From NCBI RefSeq assembly GCF_009914755.1, contig NC_060929.1: 64,000 bases of DNA, one strand, 5' to 3'. The notes beneath the pieces were generated by a model. That model worked only from the letters and a program-made list of their open reading frames with translations, was not told the DNA's origin and ran no database searches. This DNA is from the human T2T-CHM13v2.0 reference genome, Homo sapiens. Each line of letters begins with the position of its first letter. Position 1 is the first letter of the stretch. Shown in pieces: positions 12,638 to 30,319 of the stretch. The position numbers were made by a program, and so were the translations under genes.

Positions 12638-13653
12638 ATGGGGAAAAAACAGAGCAGAAAAACTGGAAACTCTAAAAATCAGAGTGCCTCTCCTCCTCCA
12701 AAGGAACACACCTCCTCACCAACAACGGAACAAAGCTGGACAGAGAATGACTTTGACGAACTGAGAGAAAAGACTTCAGAAGATCAAACTACTCCGAGCT
12801 AAAGGAGGAAGTTCGAACCCATGGCAAAGAAGTTAAAAACCTTGAAAAAAAATTAGACAAATGGATAACTGGAATAATCAATGCAGAGAAGTCCTTAAAG
12901 GACCTGATGGAGCTGAAAACCACAGCGTGAGAACTACATGATGAATGCACAAGCCTCAGTAACTGAGGCAATCAACTGGAAGAAAGGGTATCAGCGATGG
13001 AACACAAAATGAATGAAATGAAGTGTGAAGAGAAGTTTAGGGAAAACAGAATAAAAAGAAATGAACAAAGCCTCCAAGAAATATGGGACTATGTGAAAAG
13101 ACCAAATCTACATCTAATTGGTGTACCTCAAAGTGACGGGGAGAATGGAACCAAGTTGGAAAACACTCTGCAGGATATTATCCAGGAGAACTTCCACAGT
13201 CTAGCAGGGCAGGCCAACATTCAAATTCAGGAAATACAGAGAACACCACAAAGATACTCCTCGAGAAGAGCAACTCCAAGACACATAATTGGCAGATTCA
13301 CCAAAGTTGAAATGAAGGAAAAAATGTTAAGAGCAGCCAGACAGAAAGGTCGAGTTACCCGCAAAGGGAAACCCATCAGACTAACAGCGGATCTCTCAGC
13401 AGAAACTCTACAAGCCAGAAGAGAGTGGGGGCCAATATTCAACATTCTTAAAGAAAAGAATTTTCAACCCAGAATTTCATATCCATCCAAACTAAGCTTC
13501 AAAAGTGAAGGAGAAATGAAATACTTTATAGACAAGCAAATGCCGAGAGATTTTGTCACCACCAGGCCTGCCCTACAAGAGCTCCTGAAGGAAGCACTAA
13601 ACATGGAAAGGAACAACCAGTATCAGCCACTGCAAAAACATGCCAAATTGTAA
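12638..13653 (+). pseudogene. Disrupted L1 ORF1p (RNA-binding chaperone)
   Basis: MGKKQSRKTGNSKNQSASPPPKE start, frameshift near 12770, stop at 12928; open 218-aa RRM/CTD part 12997-13653 ending QKHAKL. Confidence 0.93.
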
Positions 13654-13716
13654 AGACCATCGAGGCTAGGAAGAAGCTGCACCAACTAACAAGCAAAATA
13701 ACCAGCTAACATCATA

Positions 13717-17483
<3,767 letters not shown>

Positions 17484-17695
17484 ATGGGAATTGAACAATG
17501 AGAACACATGGACACAGGAAGGGGAACATCACACACTGGGGTCTGTTGTGGGGTGGGGGAAGGGGGGAGGGATAGCATTAGGAGATATACCTAATGCTAA
17601 ATGATGAGTTAATGGGTGCAGCACACCAACATGGCACATGTATACATATGTAACAAACCTGCACGTTGTGCACAGGTACCCTAAAACTTAAAGCA

Positions 17696-17747
17696 TAATA
17701 AATAAAATAAAATAAAATAAAATAAAATAAAATAAAATAAAATAAAA
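17696..17747 (+). repeat. (AAATA)n microsatellite forming the L1 tail
   Basis: About 10 perfect pentamer units. Confidence 0.95.
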
Positions 17748-19100
17748 TTTGGCTGAATGATACCTCTCAGAGAATAACTGGGCTGAATAATGACTAAAAT
17801 CCATCAATTCTAAATTTTTGAAGGTTTTATAACTGTATTTTACAAATAAAAGGAGGATATATTATAAAAGATTTATCTTTCAATATTATACAACTAAAAC
17901 AGAAATTAATTATGAAATGTATCATTATTACATGACTTACATATCCTTTGGGTCAATTAATATCCTCCCTATGACAAACCCTATTATGCTGTTAGCATAA
18001 ACCATTTCTAGTTACAGTTTCCTCCCTCAGCTGTGTTTTGAAAAGGTTTTAAGCTTTTGCCGACAGGACTCTAGGCAAAATGTCATTTTCGCTAAAATTT
18101 AATAAGATTTCAATATTTTACTCTGTTTTTCCATTTCTCTCGGAAGCTGTCAAAGTAAACCACATTGGCCTTGTTTTAGTGAAGAAACACAAAGTCTGTG
18201 GCTTAGTTATAGGAAAATGAAGCCATTTAATGAAAATGGAAATTGATTTATTTACCCCCTAAGCGGAAGTTTAATTTCTGATGTGCCTGCTGAAAGTGAA
18301 AATTTTTCCCACACTGCTCTACGTCATTCATGTAGAAACTTTAAGATTCTTTAAAAGTATCTACAAAATTAGGTGAAGGGTAAAATTATGAATTTCCCAC
18401 TTGGAAGAAAGTGGCTTAAATTCTATCCAATTATTTGCCATGACAACCAGCTAAACACAAAAGGGCCAGAATGGATGTAGAGTACTGCCTCTATAATCAT
18501 CACTGTATGTCCTTCAAATCATGGATATGCAGCACCACTATCCTGGGCTACTTCAGGGCCATAAGCCTACATGGTAATTACATGCTTTGGAACACTCCAC
18601 TTAAGTGCATCAATAATATAGTGAGTGAACATGTTCTTTAATTCTGCACCTGTAAATGGAGGGAAAAATAAAGAAAATATCTCTATCAAAAAAAGGAAGA
18701 AAAATAAATTAGACAGCCAAATTATTTTAAGCCGCTTTGTGAGGTCTCTGTCTAAAACTCAGATGGTTAGTAATCGAAGCTTCTCCATAAATATAATCAA
18801 ATGACAAAATATCTCTGCTTAAATGACTGCAAAGTTTAGGACATAAAAAAACAAAAGATGCAAAACAAGCCAAAAATATCTAATTAAACTTGATATTTTA
18901 TCTTTAATACACTCATTTCAACTGTGCATTACAATATTTCAGGGCTACTTTTCTTTCCATTGCCATGTCTCTATATAACTTCTATTAATGGAATTTCAAA
19001 GATAACACCTACTGATCCAGGACTTCAACACAAAGGAAGAGTTAACACATCATGGCATTACAAAACTGTAGTGCTCTGCATGGTATTTCAGAATAAGGCA

Positions 19101-19135
<35 letters not shown>
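19101..19135. repeat. (TG)n microsatellite
   Basis: Directly visible. Confidence 0.95.
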
Positions 19136-19137
<2 letters not shown>

Positions 19138-20904
19138 CATTTTATAGACTTGAAATCCATATTTTTCTCTGAAGTGCAAAGTTAATACAGTTAATTCAAC
19201 AGAGAAGAAGTAACTCAATGGAACCTCAGGGAGAATAAGTGATTGGTATAAAACTGTAAGACCTTCCTCCCACCTATATATTTCAATAAAACAAAATGGC
19301 TAATTTTTTAAAATCATAAATTTATCCTAAAAGTAAAATATTTCTGAATGGCTAATTTTCTACAGTCTTATGGAATTTCAGAGGAATTCTTATGAAAAAT
19401 AGGCACACATAATTTATAATAAAGTTACATTTTACCATTGGAAACAAACCACGTTTTTTTAGTGGATCCATCCTAAGTTTTTCACTTGACAAAACAAGAA
19501 AAAAAAAAAGATGCGGTCTGTATAGATATGCATATTTCTTATGCCAATTAACTAAGACTTTTTAACGAATTAATGTGAAATATGCCTTTGTATATTGACT
19601 CCAAGATACAAGTGTTATTTACATTAGAAAATCTTGCCATAATTTCAGAAAATCCCATAAAACTCAGGAAAATCACATATGTAATGTTCCACAAACCACA
19701 AAGGAAACAGAAGGGATGTCCTAAATAATCAGAGCAGAATGTTGTGGTTTTCAAAAAAATAGTTATTTCAGATTGAAGTTGTATTTGTTTTTTCTTGTCA
19801 TTTGACATTTGTAATTAATGGATGTACATGTGATTTACTAACTTAATATTTAATACATGAGTATGATCTTGTGTTCTGTTAATTTCCACACATTTTACTT
19901 TTACAGATAATCATATGCCTCAAATGTTGCTTTTATGACCAAGAGCATTGAGTTTTCCCATTATTTAATCAATATACAATTTTTCTAATAGTAAATATAT
20001 TTTTTGAAAAAATGCAATTGTATTTACCATATGGAAATTGTTAAAATAATGAAATCCATTATATTTTCAAAGCTGCACATAGAAACTTTACCAAGAAGTT
20101 GCAAGCAGCAGTTATTAGAATTACGTATTTAATATTAACTATTTCTTTATGCCATCTCTTGGACTTCTGAAGAATTTTACTGGTCAGGCAGTAGATTTTG
20201 AAATTTGCATGCAACTCTTATTGTATAGATATCCTGCTATTATAAAAGTATTCTACTATATACAAAAGCTAATGTTTTAAAGTTTAAGACTGATCTCCAA
20301 ATACAAATTATGTTAATTTGCAAAGAACTATCAGCATACAAAATCTGAGATGAAACACTGGTTATTTTTTGAAGGAAATACAGATAATCGTTTGAAAGTT
20401 GAATCTTATTAGTCTTTATAGTTTTTCTCTTTCTGACAGAGATGCATAAGCATGCCAATTGTTTACAACTATGTAAAATATATTAGTATATTGCTGGGGC
20501 TTGGCTTATAAATGTAGTGTGGAGAGAATATTACAATTGAATTTCAAGCGCCTAAGAAGGATTTATGATAGAGGTTTTTGGCAGAACTTTTCTAAATTAC
20601 AGTAATGACTCACTTGGAGTATCTTATTAATGGTACAGACAACAAGAAACAGAAGTGGAAATGTTTAAGTCTGAGTGTCCAAATGACCCCACATCTGCTT
20701 TTTGCTTTGTGTTTTATTTTGTTTCGTTTGACTTTGTCTTCTTGATTAGATGGTAATTGATAATATCAAAGCAAGACAACTTTAAAAACTTAGATCACTT
20801 AATTGGCCTGCATCTGTGATCTCAGTGAAAATCTTAGCAAGAATGTCACCTTTGAACAGACAACTGAGTACAGGATATTAATCAGACATACAAACTATCT
20901 CTTG

Positions 20905-20918
20905 GTGTCATCTAGTGG
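20905..20918 (-). promoter_or_regulatory. Candidate CTCF core motif
   Basis: Minus strand CCACTAGATGACAC versus core CCACTAGATGGCRC (one mismatch); motif only, no binding evidence. Confidence 0.35.
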
Positions 20919-22010
20919 TTGTGTTTCATCACTGCATAAAAGAAATGCCTTATTGGTTTTCTGAGTAAAGATTGTTTTATTACATTTGTTTCTGAGTGAC
21001 TTGAGTAAAAGAAGCTGCCATTTTTAACAGACAAGAGAAGGTTAGTAGCAATCAAGCCTTTCTGGGCTCTTCACCCTGGCCCTTTACAGCGCTTCTTATA
21101 AGGTCAAGACACATCGATGGAAAGCTCAGTTATCGTACACTGGTGTGAAGGTGCTGTCTGCTGCCCCATTTAGGCTGCATGACTGAGTGACTGGGTGTTC
21201 TTAAGGGACATCCACAGCCAATACACAAGGTATTTTCTCTCAGCTGGCTGAGCAGCACTAAGGGGATTCTGACAGACTGAGCTGACATGCTAACAATCTG
21301 ATTGCAGACGGCAATGGTAGGAGCCTCCAAGGGAGAGAGAAGAGTCCCCTGACCCTCCTGTCATCTACTCTTTCAGTCTCTAGCCTAGGATAGGAACACT
21401 GCACAACTATCACAGGAAAAGGTGACATAGTGAAAATAACTTATCCACAAATGTGCTGAAATGTCATCTCTAATGTTATAGTTCCTTTAAGACGAACTAT
21501 AATTTCTAATATAACTTTTCAGTTTTGAAAGGAAAGGGCACCAAGGCTGGGTTGACAGAAATAAATTATCCAGATAATTAAGGCTAACTACTCCACTTTC
21601 TCCTACTCGCCGGCCCACGTGCAGACAATAATGGGCTCAATTATTTATAATTCCGATTTTTTTTCCCTTTCAAAAAGGGATTTTCTATAAAACCGGTATT
21701 TGAAACTCTCAAAATTATTATCATTAGGAAACAGATTATTAACAAAATACAATCAGGAAATGTATGAATTTTCAGTGATCATAGTTTGTGTTATGTCCAA
21801 TGTAACAAAGACAAGTCATAATTAAAAACATGGTAAAAATGAACTTGATGTTTTATTCTAATTTTTTCATAATTACTTGATATTTTTAGTCAAAATCTGT
21901 GGGTTTAAAATATGATCTTCATAGATTTATCAATCTTAAGCAAGATATTCCTCTACATACTTACAGAAACTCATTTTATATTACAAAGTGAACAGTTCTT
22001 TTGTTATTGA

Positions 22011-22358
<348 letters not shown>

Positions 22359-22523
22359 TAGGTCTTTAATTTCCAGATGTCTTATACACAAGCATAAATT
22401 GAGAAAAAGAATTGAATGAAACAAGAATAGGTGTACATTTCCTAAAATTTCTCTTTGCTTTTGTTACAAAAGAATTTGCTATTGCTATTGTTCTTGAAAT
22501 GAGAACACATGTAGTACACAAGT

Positions 22524-22680
22524 ACATATATAGATGTCTATAAGATATATGTGTATATGCATATACACATATATAAATACATATACATATATAGATATAT
22601 ATGCACAACTATATATGTGTATATATATTATTCAACAGAAATACTATCAATTTACACACATATTAATTCAAAATATATAT
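22524..22680. repeat. Degenerate (TA)/(CA)-rich low-complexity tract
   Basis: Directly visible. Confidence 0.8.
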
Positions 22681-24149
22681 GATCAATTAGTCCTCTGTAA
22701 ATCCCCTCAAAACATATTACCTTTCTTCTAAAATCAATCACCATATTAGATCATTTAATTTCATATTTTGTGTGAGAAAGAACCAAGTTTGGTGTAACGT
22801 GGCTCTAATTCTGATTGTTAGCTGTACATTATTTCATCTTATACAGCAATTAATTGAGAATAATGAATACTTACATGGTGGCATATGTATTTGTAGCATT
22901 CATAAACCTCTTGTCAGATTTGATTCAACTTACAGGAAGTATCTGAAATCTGAATCGCAAAGCCTGATATAATTTTCAGTTCATTAATACATTTTTAAAG
23001 ACTATTTCCTGATACTACAGCTAAAATCAGAGAAACGATTGTTGAGGAATGAAACAGTTGATGTAAATATTTCACATAAAGAAAATGGAGCTCTGTCTTA
23101 ATGATCTCCCCCTAATTTCATTTTAACCTCAGTGAACAAAATATGTACCATCTAATAAGGAATTAGGCAAATACCTACCAGCACTAGCAAATAGGAAATT
23201 TAGGCCTTCTCAGTGTTAACAGAACTACATACAGACAAGAGCAAGCAACCTTAAGTCGCAGTTGAAATAGTTGGTTAAGCAATCCATATGGAAATTGAGA
23301 ATGAGAATCAACAGAGTATCCATTTACCATAATTCATTACTCTTAAGAGATATTCTTTAATATTTAAATTAGCTGTCTTAAGTGGCCTTATTGAATAGAT
23401 TATTTTGTTAATTTATGTAGTGATACTTTTGATACTCAAGTCTACTGGAATTCCATTTCATTTTCCTACAGTATTAGGAAAATAATGGACAAAGTGATGG
23501 ATTAAAAACACCTTCTCTTTAGTTTTTTTTCCTATTCATGTTACATATTGCAGTAATCTGTGAGTTTAATTATATATTTGTCCAAATGCTGAAAAATAGT
23601 ATTCTTCACTCAGTAGGGCAACCTGATGACCCATACTCCTTAGTAAGTGAATGCAGCAACCATACTGTATTGTAACATTGCATAATTGGCACCTTCACCT
23701 CCTATACCTCTATGTATTTTCACTTAATCTAAGAGTGCCTATACATTGGAATAATTGCCTCAATTTTACAGGTTACAAAAACAAACTTACTTGACTCTCA
23801 AGCCATATATTAAGTTGTGAAACTGTGATTTAATATGAAGTCTGAGCTTCGCATATAATATAATTTGTAAAGCATAGGAATTCCTCTTTCAAAATAATAG
23901 AATAACCACAGATTTGTTAGAATCTATTCTCTAAAGATAGCTTTCATTTAAAAGAGATAGATCTGCCAGTTACATGCTAATTTTCTGTTTCTTCAGACTG
24001 TCAAAATCATTCCTTTACACAACTGCACATGCCATGTAGCTAAATAATGGCCAAGGAGATAACATCACAAGTGTTTTGTGATTCCCAGAATTCTCAGAGG
24101 AAAATGGATATGCCTACTTTTTACCCTCATTTTTCCTACTGTCTACTAG

Positions 24150-24315
24150 TAGATGTGATGGCTCAATTTTGAGGCACCATTTTGTACCATGAGGTGACAT
24201 ACTAAGAATGGCGAAGCAGCAAGATAAGGATCCTGATGACTCAGACAACAGATTAGTCCTGGATTACGCATCTCTAGGCTACTTTCACATGAAAGAGAAA
24301 TAAACTCTATGTTAT
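24150..24315 (+). mobile_element. MLT1J-like LTR fragment
   Basis: CCATTTTGTACCATGAGG...TCCTGATGAC...GAAAGAGAAATAAACTCTATG (from recall). Confidence 0.5.
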
Positions 24316-24980
24316 TGTATTTGTCTTCTATTCCTGCATAACAATTTACCACACATTTACAGCCTTAAACAACAACACCTCTTTATTACGTCACAGGTTC
24401 CATAGGTCAAGATTCCAGAAATGGGTTAGCTATGCTCTCAGCTCAGAGTCACACCAGGCTGAAAACAAGGTGTTGGTTGGGCTGCAAGCTCATATGATGC
24501 TCTGAGTCTTCTTTCAAGCCCTCTGGTTGTTGGCAGAATTCAGTTAATCATGGTTATAGGACTGAAGTCCACATTTTCTTGCTAGTCATCAGCCAGAGCT
24601 GATGCTTTAAGTCTTGCAGACTCTTTACTGCATAGTCCTCTCTGCAGGGCCTCTCACAACATGGTACTTTACTTCCTCAAATCTAGCAGGAGATTCTCTG
24701 AGGTGGTGCCTCAACGCTCTTCCTTTAGGAAGGGCCCAGTCCCTTTTAAGGGTTCACCTGATTAGATCAGGCCCACTTGGAATAACCTTTTGATTAACTC
24801 AAAGTCAATAGTCTTGTTTTTTTAATGACGTCTGCAAAATCCTTTCACCTTTGCCCTATAGAATAACTTAATCATGAGATTAAAATCCATTATACTCACA
24901 GTCAAGTGGAGAGGATTATACAGAGAATATACATCTGGGAGAGGGAATCATAGGGGCCATCTTAGAATTCTGCCTGTTAC
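24316..24980 (-). mobile_element. MLT1 (F/G-like) MaLR solo LTR
   Basis: TGTATT...GCATAACAATTTACCAC at one end, TTGGCAGAATTCAGTT inside, CCATCTTAGAATTCTGCCTGTTACA at the other end. Confidence 0.8.
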
Positions 24981-27067
24981 ACTTGTTTCAGCTTTCATTA
25001 TTTCATTTTTGTTATCATTTTTGACATATTGTCAAAACTCACTATCAATAACGTATCACATGGTATACCCACCTTTGAGTTTTATGAAGAAATGTTTGTT
25101 TAGATACATTTGCATACATTCTTGAATTGGTTATCAAGTCTCTACACATATATACACATTTTTTGTTGTAGATGCAACAAAATACAGTTCTAAATTCAGT
25201 GCACAAATACAATTGAATCAACTAAGATGCCTGTGCCCTTGTGTTTATGTTTTTCTGCATTTTAATGACCTTATTCCACATTGTACTTTATTTTGCAACT
25301 ACAAATTGTTTTTTAAATTAGAATAACAATGCAAAAAACAATAAATATAAGGATTAAATTATGTTGTATGGCTAAAATGAATGGTAAGGTTTGTACAGGG
25401 AGGAGGTGAAGTATTTTTATTTTCTTTCACTCATTTGTGGTTCTCTGTCCTCATATATTTTATATAATCTGTAATTTAAAAACAGTTTTCCTGGGAAAAT
25501 AATATTTGCCTTTAGCTGTCTTAGGATATACACAATGAATACAGGTATTATATTAAGTTTTCTCTACGATCACTACTTCTTATTAATCATTTTCCTAGAA
25601 ATCTTCCACCCAAGAAGTTTTCATGGCAAATGGAGTTTATAAAACTTCCTTGTGATTGAAGAGCTAAATGAAGTATTGTCATTCCCTTTTGTACTTTTCC
25701 CAAAAAAGGTGGGAAAAATATTGACTTATGGGTATGTTTTGTTAATCTAAGAATATATATGACTTACTATATATTAAAAATGTTACCACCATCCGGCAAT
25801 CATTCTGAGGATTTAGACATCATCTAGATAAATAATCTATTTTGCAGCAGGACTCACAAACTTAAATAGCTACAGGGATAGGCATAAATTATGAACAAGT
25901 TAAATAAGTCAGGTGTAAGAAAATACAGTGTGATGGGGAATGTGATAAACTACATAGTGAACTTTCCACTTAAAGGCACAGTCTCACACACCCCAACTCA
26001 GTCATTCAAGGCCAAGTCTCCAAGATCTTCCAAAGTATATTAGGAAAGCTGGTAATCCAGAATTCCTTGTGAAATAACCCAATTTGAAATGCTAATTTTA
26101 CCTTCAAAAATGTATAAATGGTGTAAACCCCAAAACATCACTACTAAGTAAAGGTAGCCCATGGGTTGGCAGCGTGCAATTTCTACACTAGAAAAGTTAA
26201 TTGGCTATAATAGCAAATATTTTATTGTTAGCTGTGAATACATGTTAATAGCCTCACATATAACAAGCACTCTTAAAATATATGCTAATGTAATTGATAT
26301 TTCACAAACAGCTGAAGTAATTTCTTCTTTTTCAAGTTCTTTCCTTTTTTATTAAGTGATGCAATATAAAATTACCTAAAGTATCTTGTCATGAAATTTT
26401 TGTACATCTAATTGTTTTTCACTATAATAACAAAAGCCTGATACTTTATTTTGTATATTAAACCTGACTAACTTTTGAAAAATAAAGGCCAATTTGTTTC
26501 AAGCAGGTATAAGATATTTCATAAATTGCATACTATATTGTGTGTTAAATGGGTTACAAAAGCCCTGAGTTGGCGCTTGCTTTCTCCATGTACAAACATC
26601 TAGTTAGTCAGGACTTTTATATCCCCAATCCTATTGAGTCTCAGAAATCTGAAGTTTTTTTTATATTAAAAGATAAAATGTTGTATCCAGAGGAGAAATG
26701 TATACTTTCTGTATTTTAGGTAACTTTTTCTTCTGCATTTATAGCCTCTGGCATGAATAATTAATCATTTAATTACAAACTTTACTTTGACGTAATTGAC
26801 CATTAGATTTTATGAATTTATTATATAAGATTTTGCCTACTCACAAAAAATTCAGAAAGTTGATGAACCTTGCTATGTTGTTATTTTGATGAAGCAAATT
26901 TGCGTCACACTTTAATCTGGTAGCAGACGTGTGCTGACCCTATGAGAGAAATCCATGCAATCATCCAGCTCCTCCATTCCAACCAGGCTGGTGATTATGT
27001 ACTCTTCATCTTTTCCTTGATTCCCAAAGTGCCCATGCAGAAGCACTGGCACACTGCAGTAAACTCA

Positions 27068-27577
27068 CAGGGGTGCTCCAGGATATTTTAAATTTTTGAA
27101 AGGAAAACAATGATAACCCACCAGTAGGAGCTACATGAACAGCAAGAACAAAATAGTTCACCATTTCTGTATTATTAGATGGTGCTGCATTCCCTTTGAT
27201 GTCATTATATCCTTGAAAAGCTGAGTTTTCAGTGGTTCTTGTAATAAAAAGAAAGTACCACATATAAATCAATGTAGAATAGGAGATGAGGGTAGTGGTA
27301 TCCAGTCTGATTCCAGCATCTGAGAACTTGTGCAGTGCCCAGTGGCTGCATAAATCTAATTACTTATTGTGGTTATTCAAGAACAAACTAGCAGCATTCT
27401 TCCTTAAATTTATGTATTTTTTATGCAATTACTAGTAGTTAGAACAAAAATATTTATTAAGATGTGTGGATTTCACTTACTAAACGGAATGTTAGGTATT
27501 TATTTTGTCTATGGGCATCACGAAAAAAATGATTTAGAAGTTACGAGGTCTGTCAAAAGAAAATTTGGAATCCTCTA
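27068..27577. mobile_element. hAT-Charlie-like DNA transposon fossil
   Basis: CAGGGGT... / ...TTTGGAATCCTCT TIR-like ends; internal CCAGTCTGATTCC...TTGTGCAGTGCCCA motif recalls Charlie4-type elements. Confidence 0.5.
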
Positions 27578-27597
27578 GTGATGGTCACATCCACTAA

Positions 27598-27715
27598 TCT
27601 GTAAGCTTTAAATGGTTAAGGGCCAACTCAACTTTGTTTACCGTTCCGTTCCCAGCACCTACTGCAGTGCTAGGTATATCGTTACCACACAAATATACTT
27701 GCTGAATTCTTTTAT
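27598..27715 (+). mobile_element. L2 3'-end fragment
   Basis: CTGTAAGCT...TTCCCAGCACCTACTGCAGTGCTAGGTATA...AAATATACTTGCTGAA. Confidence 0.55.
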
Positions 27716-28169
27716 TCAATAAATCAAATGACGTAAATGGTGGTGATATGTAAGCCAACCACTACTGCAGGTATGGAAAGTAAGAGAAACTGAGTGTTCC
27801 AAGAAAGATATGTTTCTTGGTAAAAATTGAAGGTCTGGATAAATTTTGAGTGGATAATCAATTTTGACAGAGGCCTGCATCTATTATTTGAATGACTCCA
27901 CATTGTGATTTTTTTCAGAAATAAGAGAATGAAATTTTTGAAATATTTTTGTGAGCATCTGCCAGTGCTAAAATTTCTTATCAAATGAGAAATAAAACTA
28001 TTTGAAAGTCAGAAAGGCAGAAAAGTTCTTGCTTATACAGTTTCATAAAAATTTTACTCTTAAAAATGTGATTTATGCAAAATTCAGGTTTCTGTTCTTA
28101 ACCTTCTCATGAAGTTACACATGGCAAATATACCGGCATAGGTAACAAACTAATTTTTTCAGTGAGTAA

Positions 28170-29286
28170 ATATTTTATTTATCTATTGCGGCATGATAAA
28201 GTATCCCAAAACTTAGTGGCTTAAAATATCAATTTATCCTCTCTCTCTCAGCTGGTCAGTTTTTGGAGCCTTTCAGGAGATTGAGATAAAATGTTGGCGC
28301 ACTTGGGTGGCTAGATGGACCTTGCTAGATGACTAATGTGTCTTCTTCACTCCCAAGTCTGGCAGTTGGGCTGGTTTGGCTGGAAGAGTTCAGAGTTGGC
28401 TGGGGATCTGTCTTTCCACATGGCCTCTTTACATCAACAACTTATATTTCCTTATGATCTGGTGGTCTCACAGTGTTACAACATCTTACATGGTAACTGG
28501 CCATGGCACCAAGGCCCAAATTGCAAGGTTTCTTCTATTGTAGCCTTGATCATCACACAAAATTAATTTCTGTTAAATTGAATTGGCTGTAAACTTGTCA
28601 CAGTACCAGACCAAGTACATTGAGAAGGCAGGGTTTGCCACAGAGAAAGATTTTAATCATTGTGCCAAAGTAGGAGGTGGGAGGAAACCCTCAAATCCAT
28701 TTCCCCAAGGAGTTCTGGTCTGGGGTTTCTAAGGGAACCATGGAGGGTGAGGGGCTGAAAAACTGAGGCTGTTGATTGGTTCAGGATAAGGGAGATGAAA
28801 TCATTAGAATGCAGATACTGCATTCTTTGGCAAATCAGCATTCTTTGGCAAATCAGCTCCTCATGGGGTCCTTTAGACCTGCTGGCATCGGTGGGGTCTT
28901 TCAGAACAGCTGAGTCAGTAGTCATCAGCATGCAGGAACTGAAGGAAAATCCCAAAGGGAAAATTATATTCCCTTATGTTCAAGTTGTTATTCATAGAAC
29001 AGTAAAGGGAAGCTATAATTTAGGGTCTGTGAAACTCTAGGACAATAGGCAGCAAACAACTATGAGGAAGCAGGTTACAGGCCAAGCTGACCCAGTGATG
29101 AACGCTGAATGTGCTGCAAGCTTGGTTTATTTTCATTGCTTCCCGTCTTCTTCTCTGATTAATTTTATAAAGTTTATAGAGATGGTTTCAACTGCATCAG
29201 CCAGATCCAAGGAGAGGGGCCTACTCAAGGCACAAACACCGGAAGGCATGGAGTATTGGGAGGATCTTTGAAGATTAGCTATCACA
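28170..29286 (-). mobile_element. Old MLT1 LTR split by a younger ERV1 LTR
   Basis: ATCTATTGC...CCCAAAACTTAGTGGCTTAAAA at left; resumes AGCCAGATCCAAGGAGAGGG...CTATCACA at 29191-29286. Confidence 0.65.
28596..29190 (-). mobile_element. ERV1 (MER4-group, LTR8/LTR26-like) solo LTR
   Basis: Minus strand begins TGAAACCATCTCTATAAACTTTATAAAATTAATCAG; left boundary approximate. Confidence 0.65.
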
Positions 29287-30319
29287 AAATCTTGTTTTAT
29301 AGTTCTAAGGAGCTCATATAATAGAGGGGTAATAGTAACACATGTACCATGAATCTGAAACTTCAAAAAAAATATTGGTAAATATCTGTATTATCAGTGT
29401 GCAGGAAGGAGATGAAAAATACATTTATATCTTTATTAAACAGAGTTGATATTGTCAAGTTAGGTTGTCAAAAACAAAGCAGCCTGTTCTAATATTAGAT
29501 AATGTGTCAATCTTTATGATTAAATGAGCCTGGCCTCCAAAATTGTGTAAAACCAAAGAAAAAGATAACCCATTTTATATTGACTATATATTGGGACAAT
29601 TATTTTCTTAAATTTCTTTACCACTTGCTTCTATCTGCTAAATTTGAAGAAACTGACCACTAGAATGGTTGGAATTATTATTGAAATCTGGTAACTACTT
29701 TGGCTTGACCAGTGGGGAATAAAATCAGGAAGCTCTATCTAAGAGGTGATAATCTACAAACTAAAGATAGATATATAAATATCTTCTAAATGTAATCAAA
29801 CAGCTTAATTATCATAAAAAAGAAAGGAAATGAGTTGTCTAAGCACATATCAATTAATCTGGAATCTAGAATTAAAAGGAGGAAACAGCGTCCCTGGAGA
29901 AAATTAAAGCTGTAATTTTCTCTTCACTCTTGATATCCTTTTAGCTTCTTTAATTAATGTTGCTTCCCTTATATTTTCTAGATAGCAACTCTTCACTGGG
30001 TTTAGCATAATGAATCTACCCTCTTCCTGGGTGAAAATATTTCCTGGATCTCTTTTATTGAGTCCTTTTCATATAATTAATATAGTAATTTATTAATTAA
30101 AACTAGTGGATTCCAGAAACATTCACACATGGTGCCCCTTGGAGCCAGTGCCAGAGACAATAGACTTGATCAACCACATGGTGACATTTCTAAATTTTTC
30201 ATTAAATCCAGACTTGTATAAATGTGTTTTTAAATAAGGTATTAATCATTTTCCTTACCACTTCCAGGTAGTTAAAAATATAGTATTTATAATGTAGTAA
30301 ACATTTAACAAATATAGGT

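Noticed and set aside
21476-21502. 9-bp inverted repeat TTATAGTTC/GAACTATAA, and a 10-bp one at 41640-41673 inside a MIR
   Set aside because: Isolated short stems are plausible by chance in 64 kb; no supporting context
25848-26190. Possible old hAT (MER103-like) element; also weak MIR/MLT traces near 23720-23850, 39220-39520 and 42500-42640
   Set aside because: Too degraded to call or delimit by eye
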